From contig CM074820.1 in NCBI GenBank assembly GCA_037447605.1, positions 868,001-932,000 of the forward strand: 64,000 nt of DNA, written 5' to 3'. The DNA comes from Zygnema circumcarinatum SAG 698-1b. Its lineage: Eukaryota > Plantae > Zygnematophyceae. A model generated the notes under the pieces. It was not told the DNA's origin. It saw only the letters and a program-made list of their open reading frames with translations, and searched no databases. Below, in pieces: positions 1 through 13,523 of this stretch (its first letter is position 1; every line of letters begins with the position of its first letter). A program made the translations under genes and the position numbers.

Positions 1-3000
1 TGCTAATGAAGCCTGCTCTTCCTGCTCTTGTACCAAATACTTTCCTTCCTCCTTTGAATCGATACTATGAGATGCCACTAAAGATAACTCCACAAACTTG
101 GTCGATGACATTGCTTTTGTGGCATCCCCAACAGATGGTTTGTTCTCAGTATGACCTGATACTACCAGTTCCGATCCATCATTTTTTCTTGTCCTTTCAA
201 AGACTTCTCCGCTCGTTTTGGACCTTGATTCCTTCTGCATTTGCAATTTACGCTTTGCTACTGCTGCCATGGCTTTAGCACGTGCAAGGACTGCATAATG
301 ACGTGCCACCTCGCGGAATGTGTTGAAAACTATCTCTTGCTTGGTGAGAGGCAAGGGGCCGGCCCTTTCTAGAAAGAGAATTACTGAAGGCTTCTCTCCT
401 TCAAAGGCATGAGGATACTCCTCTGGAATAAGCTGCAAATTGAGAACATTCAGTGATGATAGAAGAACGAATGTCAAACTGCGAGCATTAAAGCTCAATG
501 CAAAAATCTTACACTGGCATGACGGCATTCGCATCAACTATTATCAAAAGGATGGAACAAAGACAAATTCCAAAGGTGTAAAGAAGAAAGAAACAAACAG
601 ATTAAGACCTTCCATTTGCAAAGAGTAATACAATCTAGACCCCATTTTGATCATCAGATTCGAAGAAGTATCGTGAGAGCAGCTCTCTTAAAGCATTCAA
701 AGATCCCCTCACATGCTTTCAGATGCTTTCAAACTCTTTTTCATTCCTTGTTTCAAGAAAAAGGAAGAGGTCCTATAGTGCCTGAACACGTATACTATGT
801 ATCCGGCTTATAATAGAGACTTACCAGTCCTAACGGCGGCCTTGGAAGTTTCAAACTCCACTCCCAAATGTCTGTTTTCCCTCCGGGAAGAACAAAAAAC
901 TCAGGTTCGATGTCCATTGAATGAACAAGAAAAGCCCACGGTAACTCACTCAGCCTTGCATCCAAGTGACTCAGAATGGAACCATTCTTAACCAGACCAT
1001 AGGCTGTAAGCCATGGTGTGAAAACACTGTTAGCCGCTTCTCCTCTCACAGACTGAAAGGCTTTCACAAAATTCTCTCTCTCTGCTAAAGTGCATTTAAT
1101 AGAACCGCTTTGGTCAGCCTCTGTGTTTTCCTGCGAGCTGCTCTGATCTTTCGCTGAAATTGTCTCAGAGACTCCATTATCTGCATCTTTCTTCTCTGAT
1201 TCACTACCTCCTTCTTTGATCTTGCTTGCTTCCAGTGACACATTGTCTTCATTGCTCTCTTCTAGCTTGTCCAATGTTTCTTTATCCTTTGAACAGCTTG
1301 CCCCCCCTTTATCTGAATCTCTCACAACCCACTCCAAATCGTCTGTTTCCCCATTCCTGAGGTTCACTCTACCTTCCATTTCACAACCCCGTTCTTGCTC
1401 CTTATTGGATAGATCAATCTTGAGGGATCCACTGCCATCCTCACTTCCTCCTCCGCTTACCGCATGTACACTGCCATCATTATCACAAATTTGATTCGAG
1501 CCTCCGTCTTCAAGGTTTAGACATGCATCTTTCCCTTCACTGCAATCTCCTCGTTTAGCGGTCAAGTCATTGTCTCCCTTCACACTATCCTTTTCTGCAT
1601 CTGCAATCAGATCCGTTGCAGATTCTGAAAGCCCTCCAATTCCACCTCCATCATGCTCCATGCTCTCATTGGTCATCAGGTAAGCTTTCTGCTGCAAACT
1701 TTTATGCCCCATAGTCTCCCGATCCAAGATTTCTTGTGACCACTTGCAATTATCCACAAGCACAATAGAACGAAGGGATGGCTCTGCCAAAGCATGCACT
1801 TCCCCCCAAGTTGATAACTGATGTAATGGAAGGTCTTTCCTCCTCAACTTGAACCAATATTTGGCTGCCTGAAGAATAGCTCTTGCTGACAGTACTCCTG
1901 AATACTTCGATTCGGAACCCTTTCCTACAAATGTCAGAACAGGCAGGGCTACATTTTCATACAGTTTCATGTGCTCCTTGTTTTTGTGAAGATCAATCCA
2001 CTGGATTTTAATATTCTCAATACCGTCCAACTCCGAGTTGAAGAGATTCTCTACTTCGCGCATAAGCTGTCGAGAGACACCACACCCTGTTGGAACATCG
2101 AAAGGTTTTTACGTTAAATTAAGCCTCACAAGTCTCTAATGCGAAACGTTGCACAGAGACTAAATGGCGAAGATAAAGAAATTCAGTAAATAAAGTTGCC
2201 GATAAGAAATTGTAGAGAAGACCTAGGCATCACTTCATTGCAATGACTTTATATTTCTTTTAGGGATCTAATAAGAACGAAAGATTAGATGTGCAATCAA
2301 ATGAACTGTAATAAGAACTGGCTGGGCCGATAGAGGAAAAGGTAGGAAGCAACAACAATTCGCTGCAAAACTCCGGAAATGACACATTTCACTGATATGC
2401 CGGACAACAATATCGATCTGATTGGAAGTGTCGATTATCAAAGCTCGGCCAGTAATGAAACAATGAATGAGACTAATGAAGGCAGACAGTTATAACTTGA
2501 GACAGAACATACGGAACACGAGCAAAAGTTTGGAACAACCGATAAACAAATGCGGATTCGGTGATGGACATGGAAAAACGTGAACATGGCACCAAAAAAC
2601 CAGTATAATGGATTGTTGAGCAACTTGCTTAATCAATTGAGAACTGTATTCATTTTTTATTTCCTTATTCTTTTTGGCAACAACACACGTAGAAGTTTTC
2701 CTAGCTCGGATAGTGTCTTCAAGGCTGTGCCTCAAATTTGGTAGAAGCGAGGGCGGAAGTATTCATTGCTTAAGCATGTGCATAATTGAACCAATAATTC
2801 ACATACAAGGTAATAAGTAATGAACGCCTCGGCCCTCTTCACTCTAGCAAGTCTCTCCACTGCACAAGGCATAGCCTTTCACATCATTATCCCGCGCATG
2901 TGAAAGCATAACAAGCATCCAGACATTCTCTAGGATCACAGTTATACTCCGCTTACTCCAATTCCAAAAAAAATCACTCCAAATAACATTCAAACCCCTA

Positions 3001-3257
3001 TCTCAAGACAGCCTGCACCGCTTTATCGCATGATGCCTGCATTTCCACTTCATAAGTTGAAAAAAATGCTCACATGGCACTGTGCTGAGACACAGAGTCA
3101 AGCTCCTCCTCCGCGAGCCTGCTCGGCACACCTCTGGCGCCACTTTCCGCCATGTCTGCTGCTCTTTCTGCTTGCCTAACGCCGCAGTCACAGCCGCCAT
3201 GGAAAGGAGCCACAGAAGGAACGCAGAGATGGCCCTGCGCTCCGCCATGGCCGCCAT
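1..3257 (-). CDS. Secretory-pathway thioredoxin-fold protein, At3g19780-like; 3' end runs off the window
   Basis: Exons 3257-3074, 2086-825 and 432-<1 join in phase through GT-AG introns. Signal-peptide-like N-terminus (MAAMAERRAISAFLLWLLSMAAVTAALG). A Trx-like TVPWCGVSRQLM motif spans the first junction. Later KPSVILFLER...FNTFREVARH resembles recalled At3g19780 sequence. Exon 2 carries a long acidic low-complexity insert. Confidence 0.8.
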
Positions 3258-3459
3258 GGCTGCCCCTCCCAGGCCCGCATACAGCTGGGACCCTTTCCTG
3301 CAGCTGCTCAGTTGCTCTCTTTTTTTTTCCGGCATCAGATAACAGGATTCTAACATTCAAGTACAATAGGTACCGTACCTTAATAGTACGAATTGTACCT
3401 TTTGTGTACGAAAAGTGGCGAGGTCTATTATCTAGTGGGAGCTTATTAGGGCTAAGCGC

Positions 3460-3477
3460 ACTCGCCACGTGGCGAGT
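3460..3477. promoter_or_regulatory. 18-bp perfect palindrome centred on a G-box in the divergent promoter of the Trx-like and FAR genes
   Basis: ACTCGCCACGTGGCGAGT. A second ACACGTGGC (ABRE-type) lies near 3550 and CCAAT near 3519. Confidence 0.4.
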
Positions 3478-3923
3478 CGCCAGACTTTAGGGCCTTACAA
3501 TCACAGCCAAGATTTCAGCCAATCGCAGAATGTCAGGTCAGAAATTTGTACACGTGGCAATTCGTGATTGGTTATTTCCTCAAAAAGGGAAACTGGTGAG
3601 CCACCCAAAGGCTCTGACCGTACTCGCTAGCCGTCCAAGAACCACCCGTACGGATTCCATCCGTACTGTACATTTCTGCACCGTACGGACCGACTGCTGG
3701 CGCTTAGCCTCGCCAGGGACAGGCCACGACATTCAGATCCAGGGCCGCAGTACCGCCTCCAGCAGCGTCCCCTGGTGGAAGAACGTTAGTCCGTATTGGT
3801 GTCTGACAGCGGATATCTGCGTCCCAAGAGCGTGTACCTGGAGCCGGGCGGGTATGAAGCAGGACCACCAACGTCAGCACAACGCCATTCAGGAGCGCGT
3901 CAGGATGAGAGGAGGCTGCGGTT

Positions 3924-4020
3924 CCCACTCCCACTCCCACTCCCACTCCCACTCCCTTTCCCTCTACCTCCCCCTCTCGCTCTCCCTCTCCCTCTCTCTC
4001 TCTCTCCCTCTCCCTCTCCA
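3924..4020 (+). repeat. (CCCACT)n and CT-rich microsatellite upstream of FAR
   Basis: Directly visible hexamer and CT tracts. Confidence 0.85.
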
Positions 4021-4244
4021 CTGGAGTTGGCAGGCATTGCGGCTTCAAGGAAGTCGCTCTGCATTTCAACTTGAAGGGAAAGGATTGGCAGACATAGTCC
4101 GTGGAGGCGCAGGGAGGAAGGGAAGGATGTGAGCAGGCGGGGAAGGGAAGGAGGAAGTACGGGATCGGGTCGGGCCTTATCGGACGAAAGCTCGCAGCTT
4201 GGAAGGTTCTAAGGCCTGTTGGTAGCTTCTTGCTCGCTTGATCC

Positions 4245-7200
4245 ATGGCTGCTGCTCTAGGGCTTTCAGGAGGTGTGAAGGCTGCAGGATGGGTGGCGTT
4301 GAGAGGGCGAGGTGCAGGAGAAGACTTGCAGAGAGGAGGAGCGGAGCAGTCGTGCGTGGGTGTGTTTAGGAGGAATGCAGGAGTGTGGGGAAGACAGCTG
4401 GAAGAAAGGGCGTCGGATAAGAAAAGGGAGAGAGGGAGGAGGCTGGCAGTGGTGGTAGAAGCGACTGCGGAGGTCGGTGAGAAGGAGAGCAGTGTGAAGA
4501 GCACTCCGGCGAGGACGCTAAGAAGCTTAGAAGAAGCTGTGACCAATGGAAAACCTTACTCAGAAATCAACGTGGATTGGGAAAGCAATGGTGATTCAAG
4601 GAGTGAGGGGCAGGAGGGATCTACTTCCACTGCTTCAAGCAGCAGCCAGTGCCATAGCCGGCTTGGTATCGCGGATTTCCTGCGGGGAAAGAACATTCTT
4701 ATCACAGGAGCCACGGGTTTTTTGGCGAAAGGTGAAGAAGCGGCTTAAGAGAGTACATTGCATCCACACTGATTGTGCACACATCAAATTTATGAGCATA
4801 TCTAAGAGGTTCTTGCTTGGTCATTCAGAGATACATATGCAATTAGGTGTATGTGAGCACTAGATTCCCTCCGTAGGATGACACAAGCTTGAATTGTTAT
4901 CCTGTGTAAGTGTTGTTTTCAGTGATTCTATCGTGAATGTGTGCATTGACAGTGTCTGGCGTACAATCGACTCAATTCAAAGCACAAGCTGTGCATCTGA
5001 ATAGAAGTCTTGAGCTAAACGCCAGCTGTTTCTTGGCATACTTCATCGTCATAGTGGAAATTTAACTGGAAGGGGATGATCTAATGTTGCATATGCAATC
5101 TTGTATTTCTCTTCTGCAGTTCTTGTCGAAAAAGTATTGCGCGAGCAGCCTGAGGTGGGGCATATTTACCTCGTTATCCAATCGAGGGCTGATGTGTCAG
5201 CACAGCAGAGGCTGGACGGACAGGTGGGCGCTCAATATGTTGTGGTTATGGTAAAGCTTATAGCTTCATGTCGTTAGCATTTGTTTTCCAGACCCAAATT
5301 CTCAGCTTGTGTAGGAAAGGTTCAGTTCTGCTTAGCATAGGAAGCCCTCAAGGGTTAAAGGTGGCTGTCCGTTGTATTTCAGCTCTTGTGCTTCGTTTAC
5401 CTGAATGCTAGTAGAAGAAGGCTCTCACATGGATTTTTTATTTTCAGGTTATTGGCTCACAAGTATTCAACTTATTGCGAGAAACCCATGCAGCTAGCTA
5501 TGGAGAATTTATGAGCAAAAAACTGACAGCAGTGGAGGGCAACATGGCCCAAGAAGAGCTTGGATTGACATCTTTTGTGGCCGAGGAGCTTATGGAGAAA
5601 GTTGACATCCTCATAAATTCTGCAGCAAATACAACATTTGATGAGAGGTACAACTCAAGGAGACAGATAGTAGTGGTTGAAAGATGCGACAAGATAGCCA
5701 GTCTTTGGGGATGCAAAATCACAGTTATGGGTGAACATAAACTCATCGAGGAGAGTGCTCGAGAAGACATTTCCTCATTGAACAGTTAGAAAGCAGGGTT
5801 TAAAAAAGATTGTAGGGTAGTCAAGCGCTTAAATTGCAGCCAGCTTTTGGCCTATTCATTTCTCCAGAGAACATTAGTAATTGTTACGTGCACAAAGCCA
5901 CAAATTGGAGTCCTGAAGAGCATTTGTTTGGGCTAGATACTAAGGTTATGGAGAAAGGAGCTAGCTCTTGGAAATCGTTTTGCAAAACAAGTTATCAAGT
6001 GAGTAGAAGCGTCAAACTGGATTCTTTTTATAAGATTTGTGAATTATGTTAATGTATCACTCTTGCATGTGTGCCGTAATGCAGGTATGATGTTGCACTC
6101 AATGTGAACACTTTAGGAGCACGTCGAGCAGTTCAGTTTGCGGCAAGGTGCAAAAAGCTCCAATTGCTTTTGCATGTTTCTACAGGTGAGTTGTGGGAAA
6201 AATGGCATATCCGAACGATTCTGAAGTATGTTACGTTTACTTTGTTTAGGAATTCAGTGCTATTCTTAAGGATGGTTATTGTGGAGAGTACCGTATTATG
6301 CATATGTTATGCACAGTATACACGAAGCCTATCTCATCCTCCTTCATCATTCGTATCCTAGATAAGCACCTTACACCCCTCATATCAGAACTTACGTCAC
6401 AGTCTTGTGCTGCTACGAGAATTGTACGAGCAACTTCAGTTAGGGCATTTTCTATCAGAAATGGACATTAAAAACATGTACCGCGGGATACGACCTTCGT
6501 CTATTTGCAGCTTTTGTGAATGGACGAAGAGTCGGCCGTACAGCGGAGCAGCCTTTTGCCATGGGAGATTCAATTGCAAAAGAACTTTCTGGTGGAGGAG
6601 ATGTGCCCCGACTTGATGTGGAAGGGGAGATTGCGCTTATGGAGAGAGAGTTGAGAGCTGCTCAAGCAGAGGCCGCAGCAATGGATGCAGAGAAAGGCCA
6701 AGCCTTTGTGCAGAAGAGAATGGTAGAGCTTGGATTGGAAAGGTGAGCGGTCTGACCCACACTGGTCCTTGGGGTATTCTGTGGAATGCTCGAAACCTAA
6801 GCAGAACACGATGATGATGTTCACATCCTTACAATATGTGCTGGCTATCAGGACTGACTCGCAATACATGCAATAGCTTAGGGGCTCTGCTAAAAAGTGC
6901 TGGCTTATTCGAGCTTATGCGATCAGTTCAGGGCCATGCACAAGTAGGCAACTGACTTTGCACAGTACATAAGACGGCGTAAAACAAAAAGACTAACTAG
7001 CAGTGAGGTGTTTTTATGGGAGCATTATTATGAGGTTGAAACAGAGTCTGAACACGCAAAGGACAGAATAATTACGCTGCAAGCTAACAGGGCAAGAGAT
7101 GCGGCTAATTTACTCATTCAAATAGAGCTGTGGGCAATCGGTCAACTGCTTATACACGCAGCGTCATGGTACTGGCAGGGCAAACCTATTTGGGTGGCAA

Positions 7201-9513
7201 GACACGTATGTCTTTTCAAAGGCAATGGGGGAGATGCTGTTATCGGAGTATAGCCACAAGCTCCCTATAGCCATTGCCCGACCCAGCATTGTGGAAAGCT
7301 CTCTTTCTGAGCCCATGCTTGGATGGATGGAGGGCATTCGGTAAGAGTTCGAACTTTTTGCGACATGGGGGCGGATTTCCTGTAGTGGGAGTTTGGAGCT
7401 ATTGCTTTCGACATATTCATGCTGTGATAAACTAGGAAAATTAGAAATGCTAGATTTGGAATGTGGGTTTGTTCTTACTTTTCATGTCCGCGCCATTTGA
7501 ATAGAACTGAGACTTATAGAGAAATTTTGTGAGAGTAAGGCCCTGTCACCTTGTAGTCAGGGTTTTGATGGGTTTTTAGAGTTTGATAGTATTTTCAGGG
7601 GATCTCTGACTTTCTCTTATTCAATTTGCCAGCATGGCAGACCCAATATTTTTGGCATATGGCAAAGGACAGATGGAGGGCTTCCTTGCTGATAAGGATG
7701 GGTCTTTGGACTTGGTAAGGTTCATTATTCAGCGCCTTTGTAGACGATAACAATGCAGGCTCCCCTTTATTTTCTCCCCGAATTCTTTATCCATAGTCTA
7801 TTGCAAAATCTTTTGTTTAGATGGCCTCATTTGGAAAGGCATGTCTTGAAAGTCTACCATGACTTATGACAGCGCAAGAATTGAGGGAATTTAATAAACT
7901 CGTCATCAGGATGGCCTAAGTATCAGGAAGAAAACTTATGGGTGGGATTATCAGAATGCATTGAAGTCATCCCTTATTGGTTTGACAAGTTAAGATTCTT
8001 CATTTCACAATCATCGACATAGGGCTGCCAATGCATTCTAAAATGTTCTCCCCACCCTTCACATAGTTCAATGGTCAACTTAAACATCGTTCGCCTATTG
8101 TTCCACATAACGGAAATGAATGCATCCGCTTATGTTCCTAAAGCACATCCCTCTCATTAATGGCATCATTCATGTGCTCCCTTTCTCTTTCCCCCTTTTC
8201 GCAGGTCCCTGTGGATATGGTGATCAATGCTATTCTGGCAATGCTGGTGAAGCATGCGAAACAGCCCGGCCTTACCGTGTATCATGTGGCCACGTCAGTA
8301 GTGAATCCGATTACTAATACTGAGCTTGCAAAGGCAGTTTCAGAGCACTTTACTGCCTCTCCGATGGTGGGAAAGGACGGGAAGAAGATCAGAGTGGAGC
8401 CCATGAAAGTGTATGGCGCCCTCTTCTGTTTCCAAGCTCACATGTGGTTCAAGTATCGCCTGCCTCTCCAGGTAAGGCCACCCCACAATACTAGGAACTG
8501 TTTGCTTTCAAAGTGTATATCTGCGGTTCGTTGAGAAACAGGATAAGGGGAAGAGGGTATTGGTTGTAAGTGGGAGAGAAGGCCACACTGTATTCATAAC
8601 AAAAGGCATGAAAAAAATCATGTTTAGTCCATAAGATAACGAAAAAGTTGACACATACCAGCATTGTAGAGAGTTCTATGAGGTTTCGACGATGGCAAAT
8701 TTTGTGAAGGCCAAACCTTTTGATCCACTGTTGGTAGTTGACATACATTAAACGTTCGATTTGTAACCAAGCCATTTGAGCATTACTAGGGCTTTTCTTT
8801 GCTCGACTATGCCCATGTTGCCTTTTTAGTAAAGCACTTGCATGTATATCTCCGTAAGGAATGGACGGATTCGATGTCATTTTTGTAAGCTGAGATTTTG
8901 AATGACTTCTTCAGATTGAGCAATTATTTACTGTCATCAAGGGATCAAGGCATGCGTCCAATTCACTCGCCCAGAAGCGGAATAGTATTAAACTGAAGAC
9001 TTTTGAGCAACTAAGTTATCTCGCGAAGCTCTACCAGCCATATACGTTCTACGCCTGCAGGTGAGAGTTACCTGTCACTTTTAAGTGACCCGTACTGAAA
9101 TAGTCCCATTATTATGTTATGAGGGGACAATTGGACGAGAAGACGGAGTGATGCTTGTAACACCTGGTTATCTCTTTATGTCCCAACCTTGGGGCATATT
9201 CAGAGTCAAAAACACACACTCCCTTAAAACCTGCAACTGTGCACTTTCTTTTGCTCAAATTTCTAGAGGCATCCGCAGTATTTTTATTCCAGTCTTGGTA
9301 GTTAGTTAGCGGTATGGTGACGTAACCAGTACAGTCTTTTCCTATGACAGATTTGATGCAACAAACACGCTGCAATTGTTTGCTGAGCTCTCTCCCGAAG
9401 AGCAAAAACGCTTCAACTTTGACTTGAAGAATATCAACTGGAGAGATTACATTGTCCAGGTCCATATGCCCGGCTTGCGCAAATATGTCCTCAAGGGGAG
9501 GGGCAGCCAGTAG
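4245..9513 (+). CDS. FAR: Alcohol-forming fatty acyl-CoA/ACP reductase, MS2/FAR2-like, with N-terminal extension
   Basis: Ten in-phase GT-AG exons: 4245-4731, 5120-5223, 5448-5647, 6085-6185, 6511-6742, 7179-7340, 7633-7714, 8205-8471, 8915-9060, 9351-9513. Motifs: [10 protein letters not shown] (NAD(P)H binding), [33 protein letters not shown] (YxxxK), RPSIVES, VPVDMV, and a sterile-domain end [14 protein letters not shown]. The start codon is less certain than the internal exons. Confidence 0.95.
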
Positions 9514-9811
9514 GAGAGAATCGTTACCTTTCAAATGTGCATATTGAGGGAATTTTTCTCTCACTTTCTGAGGGTCTGCTCGGGAGAATTTGTGGCTATG
9601 GAGCTGCCACGTTATGGGAAACTGAAGTGCTGCTGCTTAAGTTGGTTTGGAGAGCTCAACGGGCCACTACTACATTCTACGTTATTGTTTCTTTTCATGT
9701 TCAGCCAATGGGGTGCTTCTCGAAGATTAAGATAGATGCGTTGGCGGTCGCTGATCCTTTGACTTCCGGAGTCCGTCGCTCACTCTCTCTCGCCCTTTCG
9801 CTCACAATACG

Positions 9812-9846
<35 letters not shown>

Positions 9847-10219
9847 ACATACAACTCACAATTGACATTTTTCGGTTGTCAGGTGTTAGTTGGAGGTTGT
9901 AGGTGAATCGTAAGCTTCATACTTGCGAGTGCCACATTGATTCATGTGGAAGCGCTAGAAAGTAGAATTCAAATTTAACTCGTAATTTTTTTCGGTTTTT
10001 TCATTATGTTACACATGTTGAAGGCAGCACAGTTGTGCCTATCTGGCCGAACCTCAATGAAATGTACTCTGTTCTGGGAATGAATAGGATGAAACTACTT
10101 TCCCCCGGGTGTCCTCATAGTTTCACAATTGTCTACTCATAAGACAGTTCGTCCTGTTCCTGTGTTCTATGGTAGCTGTAGCTGGCTTTAACGTATCTTT
10201 TGGAAGGGGAGGCGATGGC

Positions 10220-10990
10220 GAGATGAGAGCGGGAGAGGGGAAAGGGGGGAGAACGGCAAGGAGAGATGAAAGAGGGGAAAGAGGAGAAACAGGAGTGAAG
10301 GGAGGGAGGAGGGAGGAGGGAGGAGACAGGAGGGGAGAGAGGAGAGAGGGGATAGGGGAGAGAGGGGAGCGGGGAGATAGGGACGAGGGCTGTAGGGGGA
10401 GACAGGAGGGAGGAGCGAGGGGGCAAAGTGGGGAGGCGACAGGTGGGAGGCAGAAAGATTTCGGGAGATGGGAGTGGGGACAGGTGAGAGACAGGAGGGA
10501 GGGGAGGTGGGGGACAGGAAGGCGGGGAGAGGGGAGAGGGGGAGGTGGGAGACTAGAGAGAGGACAGGTGGGAGCCAGGCGGGAGTAGGGAGAGGGAGAG
10601 GGATGGAGAGTTGAGAGACAGAAGGGAGGGGAGAGGGGGGAGTGGGGAGTGGTGGGAATCAGGAAGTCGGAGAGGGGGGAAGAGCGGGGAGAGGTGAATG
10701 GTCAGCGACATTAGGGAGGAAAAAGGTGGGAGACTGAAGGAAGAGGAATGGTGGGAAACAGGAGGAAATGGGGAGAGGGACAGGTGGGACACAGGAGGGA
10801 GGCGAGAGATGCGAGAGTGGACAGGTGGGAGACAGGATGGAGAGGTGGGAGACAGAAGAGAGTGGAGAAGGGGGAAAGGGGGAGGTGGGGGCTCAGGAAG
10901 GCGGGGAAAGAGGACAGGTTGGAGACAGGAGCGAGTAGGGAGATGGGGGAGAGGACAGGTCGGAGACCGGAGGGAGGGGAAAGGCGAGAT
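10220..10990 (+). repeat. Purine-rich (G/A) low-complexity tract between the FAR and TRS33 3' ends
   Basis: About 770 bp almost entirely G/A with recurring GGGAGACAGG-like words. Confidence 0.85.
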
Positions 10991-11191
10991 TTTGTGAGTC
11001 ATTTCTCTCTGATAAGATTGTATTGCATTGTACTGTGATATTGTACACTTTGGGGAGGAGAGGGGAGGGGAGGAGTGAGAGGTAGACACCTCGAAACAGG
11101 CGCAGGGTAAGACAAAAGGGAGACGGAGAGTGATACGCGCTACCTCATCTGATTGATTTACAAATACTCAGACAAAAACAATCAATTTGAA

Positions 11192-11266
11192 ATGTGGCCC
11201 ACTGAAAGGATTTGAGCCAATGATCTCCGCTATGACTACATCCCAGCTCCCACAACCTCCACAAAG
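11192..11266 (-). other. Possible degenerate tRNA-derived (SINE-head-like) fragment
   Basis: Minus strand GGAGATCATTGGCTCAAATCC resembles a variable loop plus B-box. No convincing A-box or cloverleaf. Confidence 0.2.
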
Positions 11267-11504
11267 CATTTCCTTCCGCATCCAAACTCTCCGTCCATCA
11301 CCATCAAACGTTACAATCCCTACAGATATAACCCTCTACTCTTCTCAGACGTACACTGAAACCCCTAAAATCTGCACCTGATTAAAACCTGCAGGTTCAG
11401 AAGACGGTAAATACACATGATTCAAGTTTTCCTGCTATGTTGTTTTTCTGCCTGTGATCTGTTGTTCACATCAACCTCGTCCATCGTTTAATCAAATTTC
11501 TTCG

Positions 11505-13502
11505 TTATTGCTTTATTCGAACTGTAAACGAGCCTGCGAAAGAACAAAAACATGGAACATTCAAGACTTGTTACCACCAAAAGTGATGCTTCCGTAACAA
11601 GCACGAACGGAAATACATGAAGACAAACTAACGCTTGGCATATAGCAGGCATAAAGGCACTTACAAGAAGGCAAAGTAGCCACTTCAGCGAGCACGGAAC
11701 ATGGAACTCCAAGATTAGTTAACGCTCCACGGATAAGGCCGCATGGAAAGAACAAATATTGGGCTGCTGCCACTACTGCGTTATTTGACCCCTTTTCTTG
11801 ATTCGAATTTGTAGGAGTTTCAAAGGAAGCTCCGGTGCCCATGTCCATTTCGGAGGGTCCCGCATCGCCGGAAATGCGAGTAAGCCAACAGAACTTTGTA
11901 TCTTGAAGAACAAAAATGCCCTGAGAAGAAAGGAAGGAAGCAGCAGCATGAGGGCAATGGGGGGATGAGTTAACGGTAAGGCAAGGATGAAGCAATAATT
12001 CAGCTTTTCCTTTCGGTGACAGGGAGGGGAAGTTGTAGTGTTAGTGAAATTTATAAATGTCTTCCAAACGACGGGAGAGAGAAAGTGGGGAGGAGGGAGG
12101 AGAGAGTGAGGGGGGGGGGGAAGAGAGACCCTATAAACGACGAGAGTGAGAGGGTGGAATGGGAGGAGAGAGTGAGGGAGACAGAGAGAGGTCGTCCAGA
12201 TGACGAGAGTGAGAAAGAGGGAGAAGGAAGATAACGAGAGGATTTCCCTGAAATGAACAAAGAGAGAGAGAGCAGACGAAAGATAGAAAGAAAGAGAGGG
12301 AGAGAGAGAGAGAGAGAGGGAGCACGGAGCGCCATGGCAGAGGCAGGGCAGGCAGTTAGCTCACTCGATGATTAGTCTTCAAGTTGTCGACCTGCTTCCG
12401 AAAAACCTCCGCCCAAAAGTCTTTGCAGATGAACTTGATGACGTCCAAATGGTCTGCAAACCGCGCTCGGTCCTTTGTGTACCTGCGGACCCCAACATCT
12501 CCCTCTCAAAGGCTTCAGCCAATCCAACGGCTCATGTCAACTGTGGGGGGGATGATCTTTACAGCAGAACTTCCGTCTCTTGCTCTCCCAATCATCTCAC
12601 ATACAACAAAACACATAAGATAAGTGCTTCCTGCTAACAACTGCTGGCGGAGGAAAAAAAAAAACAAAAAAAAAACATTTCAAAAAAGAAATCGAAATCA
12701 TTCAAATCAATCAAAAAAATCGAAACATTTCAAATATTTCGCCCTCATCAGCGCTTTCCACCAACAGAACAGAACAAAACCTCATCTTCGGCACTTCGCA
12801 ACAATGTTAGGGTTTCCACCGTCCATCACCCCCCATTCCCACCCTCCCCCCTCTCACTCCCACGCCTCTCACTATGAGGAATTTCCCCCAATGACCATCC
12901 CACCTACCCTCCCCTCTCCATGCTCAACCCTAAACACTCAAATCCTGAACTTTAACCCTAAATTTCGTCACCACTTCACGTCCACCCGGCTCCTCTCCTC
13001 TCCGCCCCCCCCCCCCACTCCTCACCTTCGCTCCCATGTTCAGCTATAAAATAACCAAATCCTAACAACCCCTCATTTAACCCTAATTCTCTTCTCCTTA
13101 ATCAACCTAATTTCCGCAAATTGCAATTTCAACCCTGCACCCCACCCCCCTCCCTCCTCCCCTTCTGCATTTCACTTTACATCGCAGCATATATTATCTG
13201 CTGTGATACTCATCTGTACCGAAATCAATTCAATTTGCCAATCCCCCCCCCCCCCAACCCCCTCTTCCCCCAAGAAAACAAACCTGAAATCCTGAAAAGT
13301 CCCCTCCTAACCCTAATTTTGGCCCCCTTTTCACGACCCACCTCTCCACGAGCTGCTGCCCCACTTGGAAGCCGATGGCCTCTATGCGCCGCCCAGCCAG
13401 GTCGGGCCGTAAGCTGAGTTGGCGCTGGTAAGAGGCGACGAGCTCCATACTGAGCAGGTCCAAACAGCTCTCCGCGATCTCCTTCTCAACCGGGTTCGGC
13501 AT
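11505..13502 (-). CDS. TRS33: Trafficking protein particle complex subunit 6 (TRAPPC6/Trs33)
   Basis: Exons 13502-13342, 12482-12365, 11920-11665 and 11533-11505 in phase: [10 protein letters not shown]...[17 protein letters not shown]|[39 protein letters not shown]|GIFVLQD...[14 protein letters not shown]...|CSFTVRIKQ*. Confidence 0.95.
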
Positions 13503-13523
13503 CGCGATGGTTCGGATCACGAA

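Noticed and set aside
795-824. Stop at 795 as the end of the Trx-like gene
   Set aside because: A GTAAGT donor at 824 splices in phase to the exon at 432, which continues the homology.
3704-4546. 280-aa minus-strand ORF
   Set aside because: Antisense to FAR exon 1 and runs through microsatellites.
10133-11089. Several Pro/Ser- or Gly/Arg/Glu-rich ORFs on both strands
   Set aside because: By-products of a G/A low-complexity tract that lacks stop codons; no domain or splice support.
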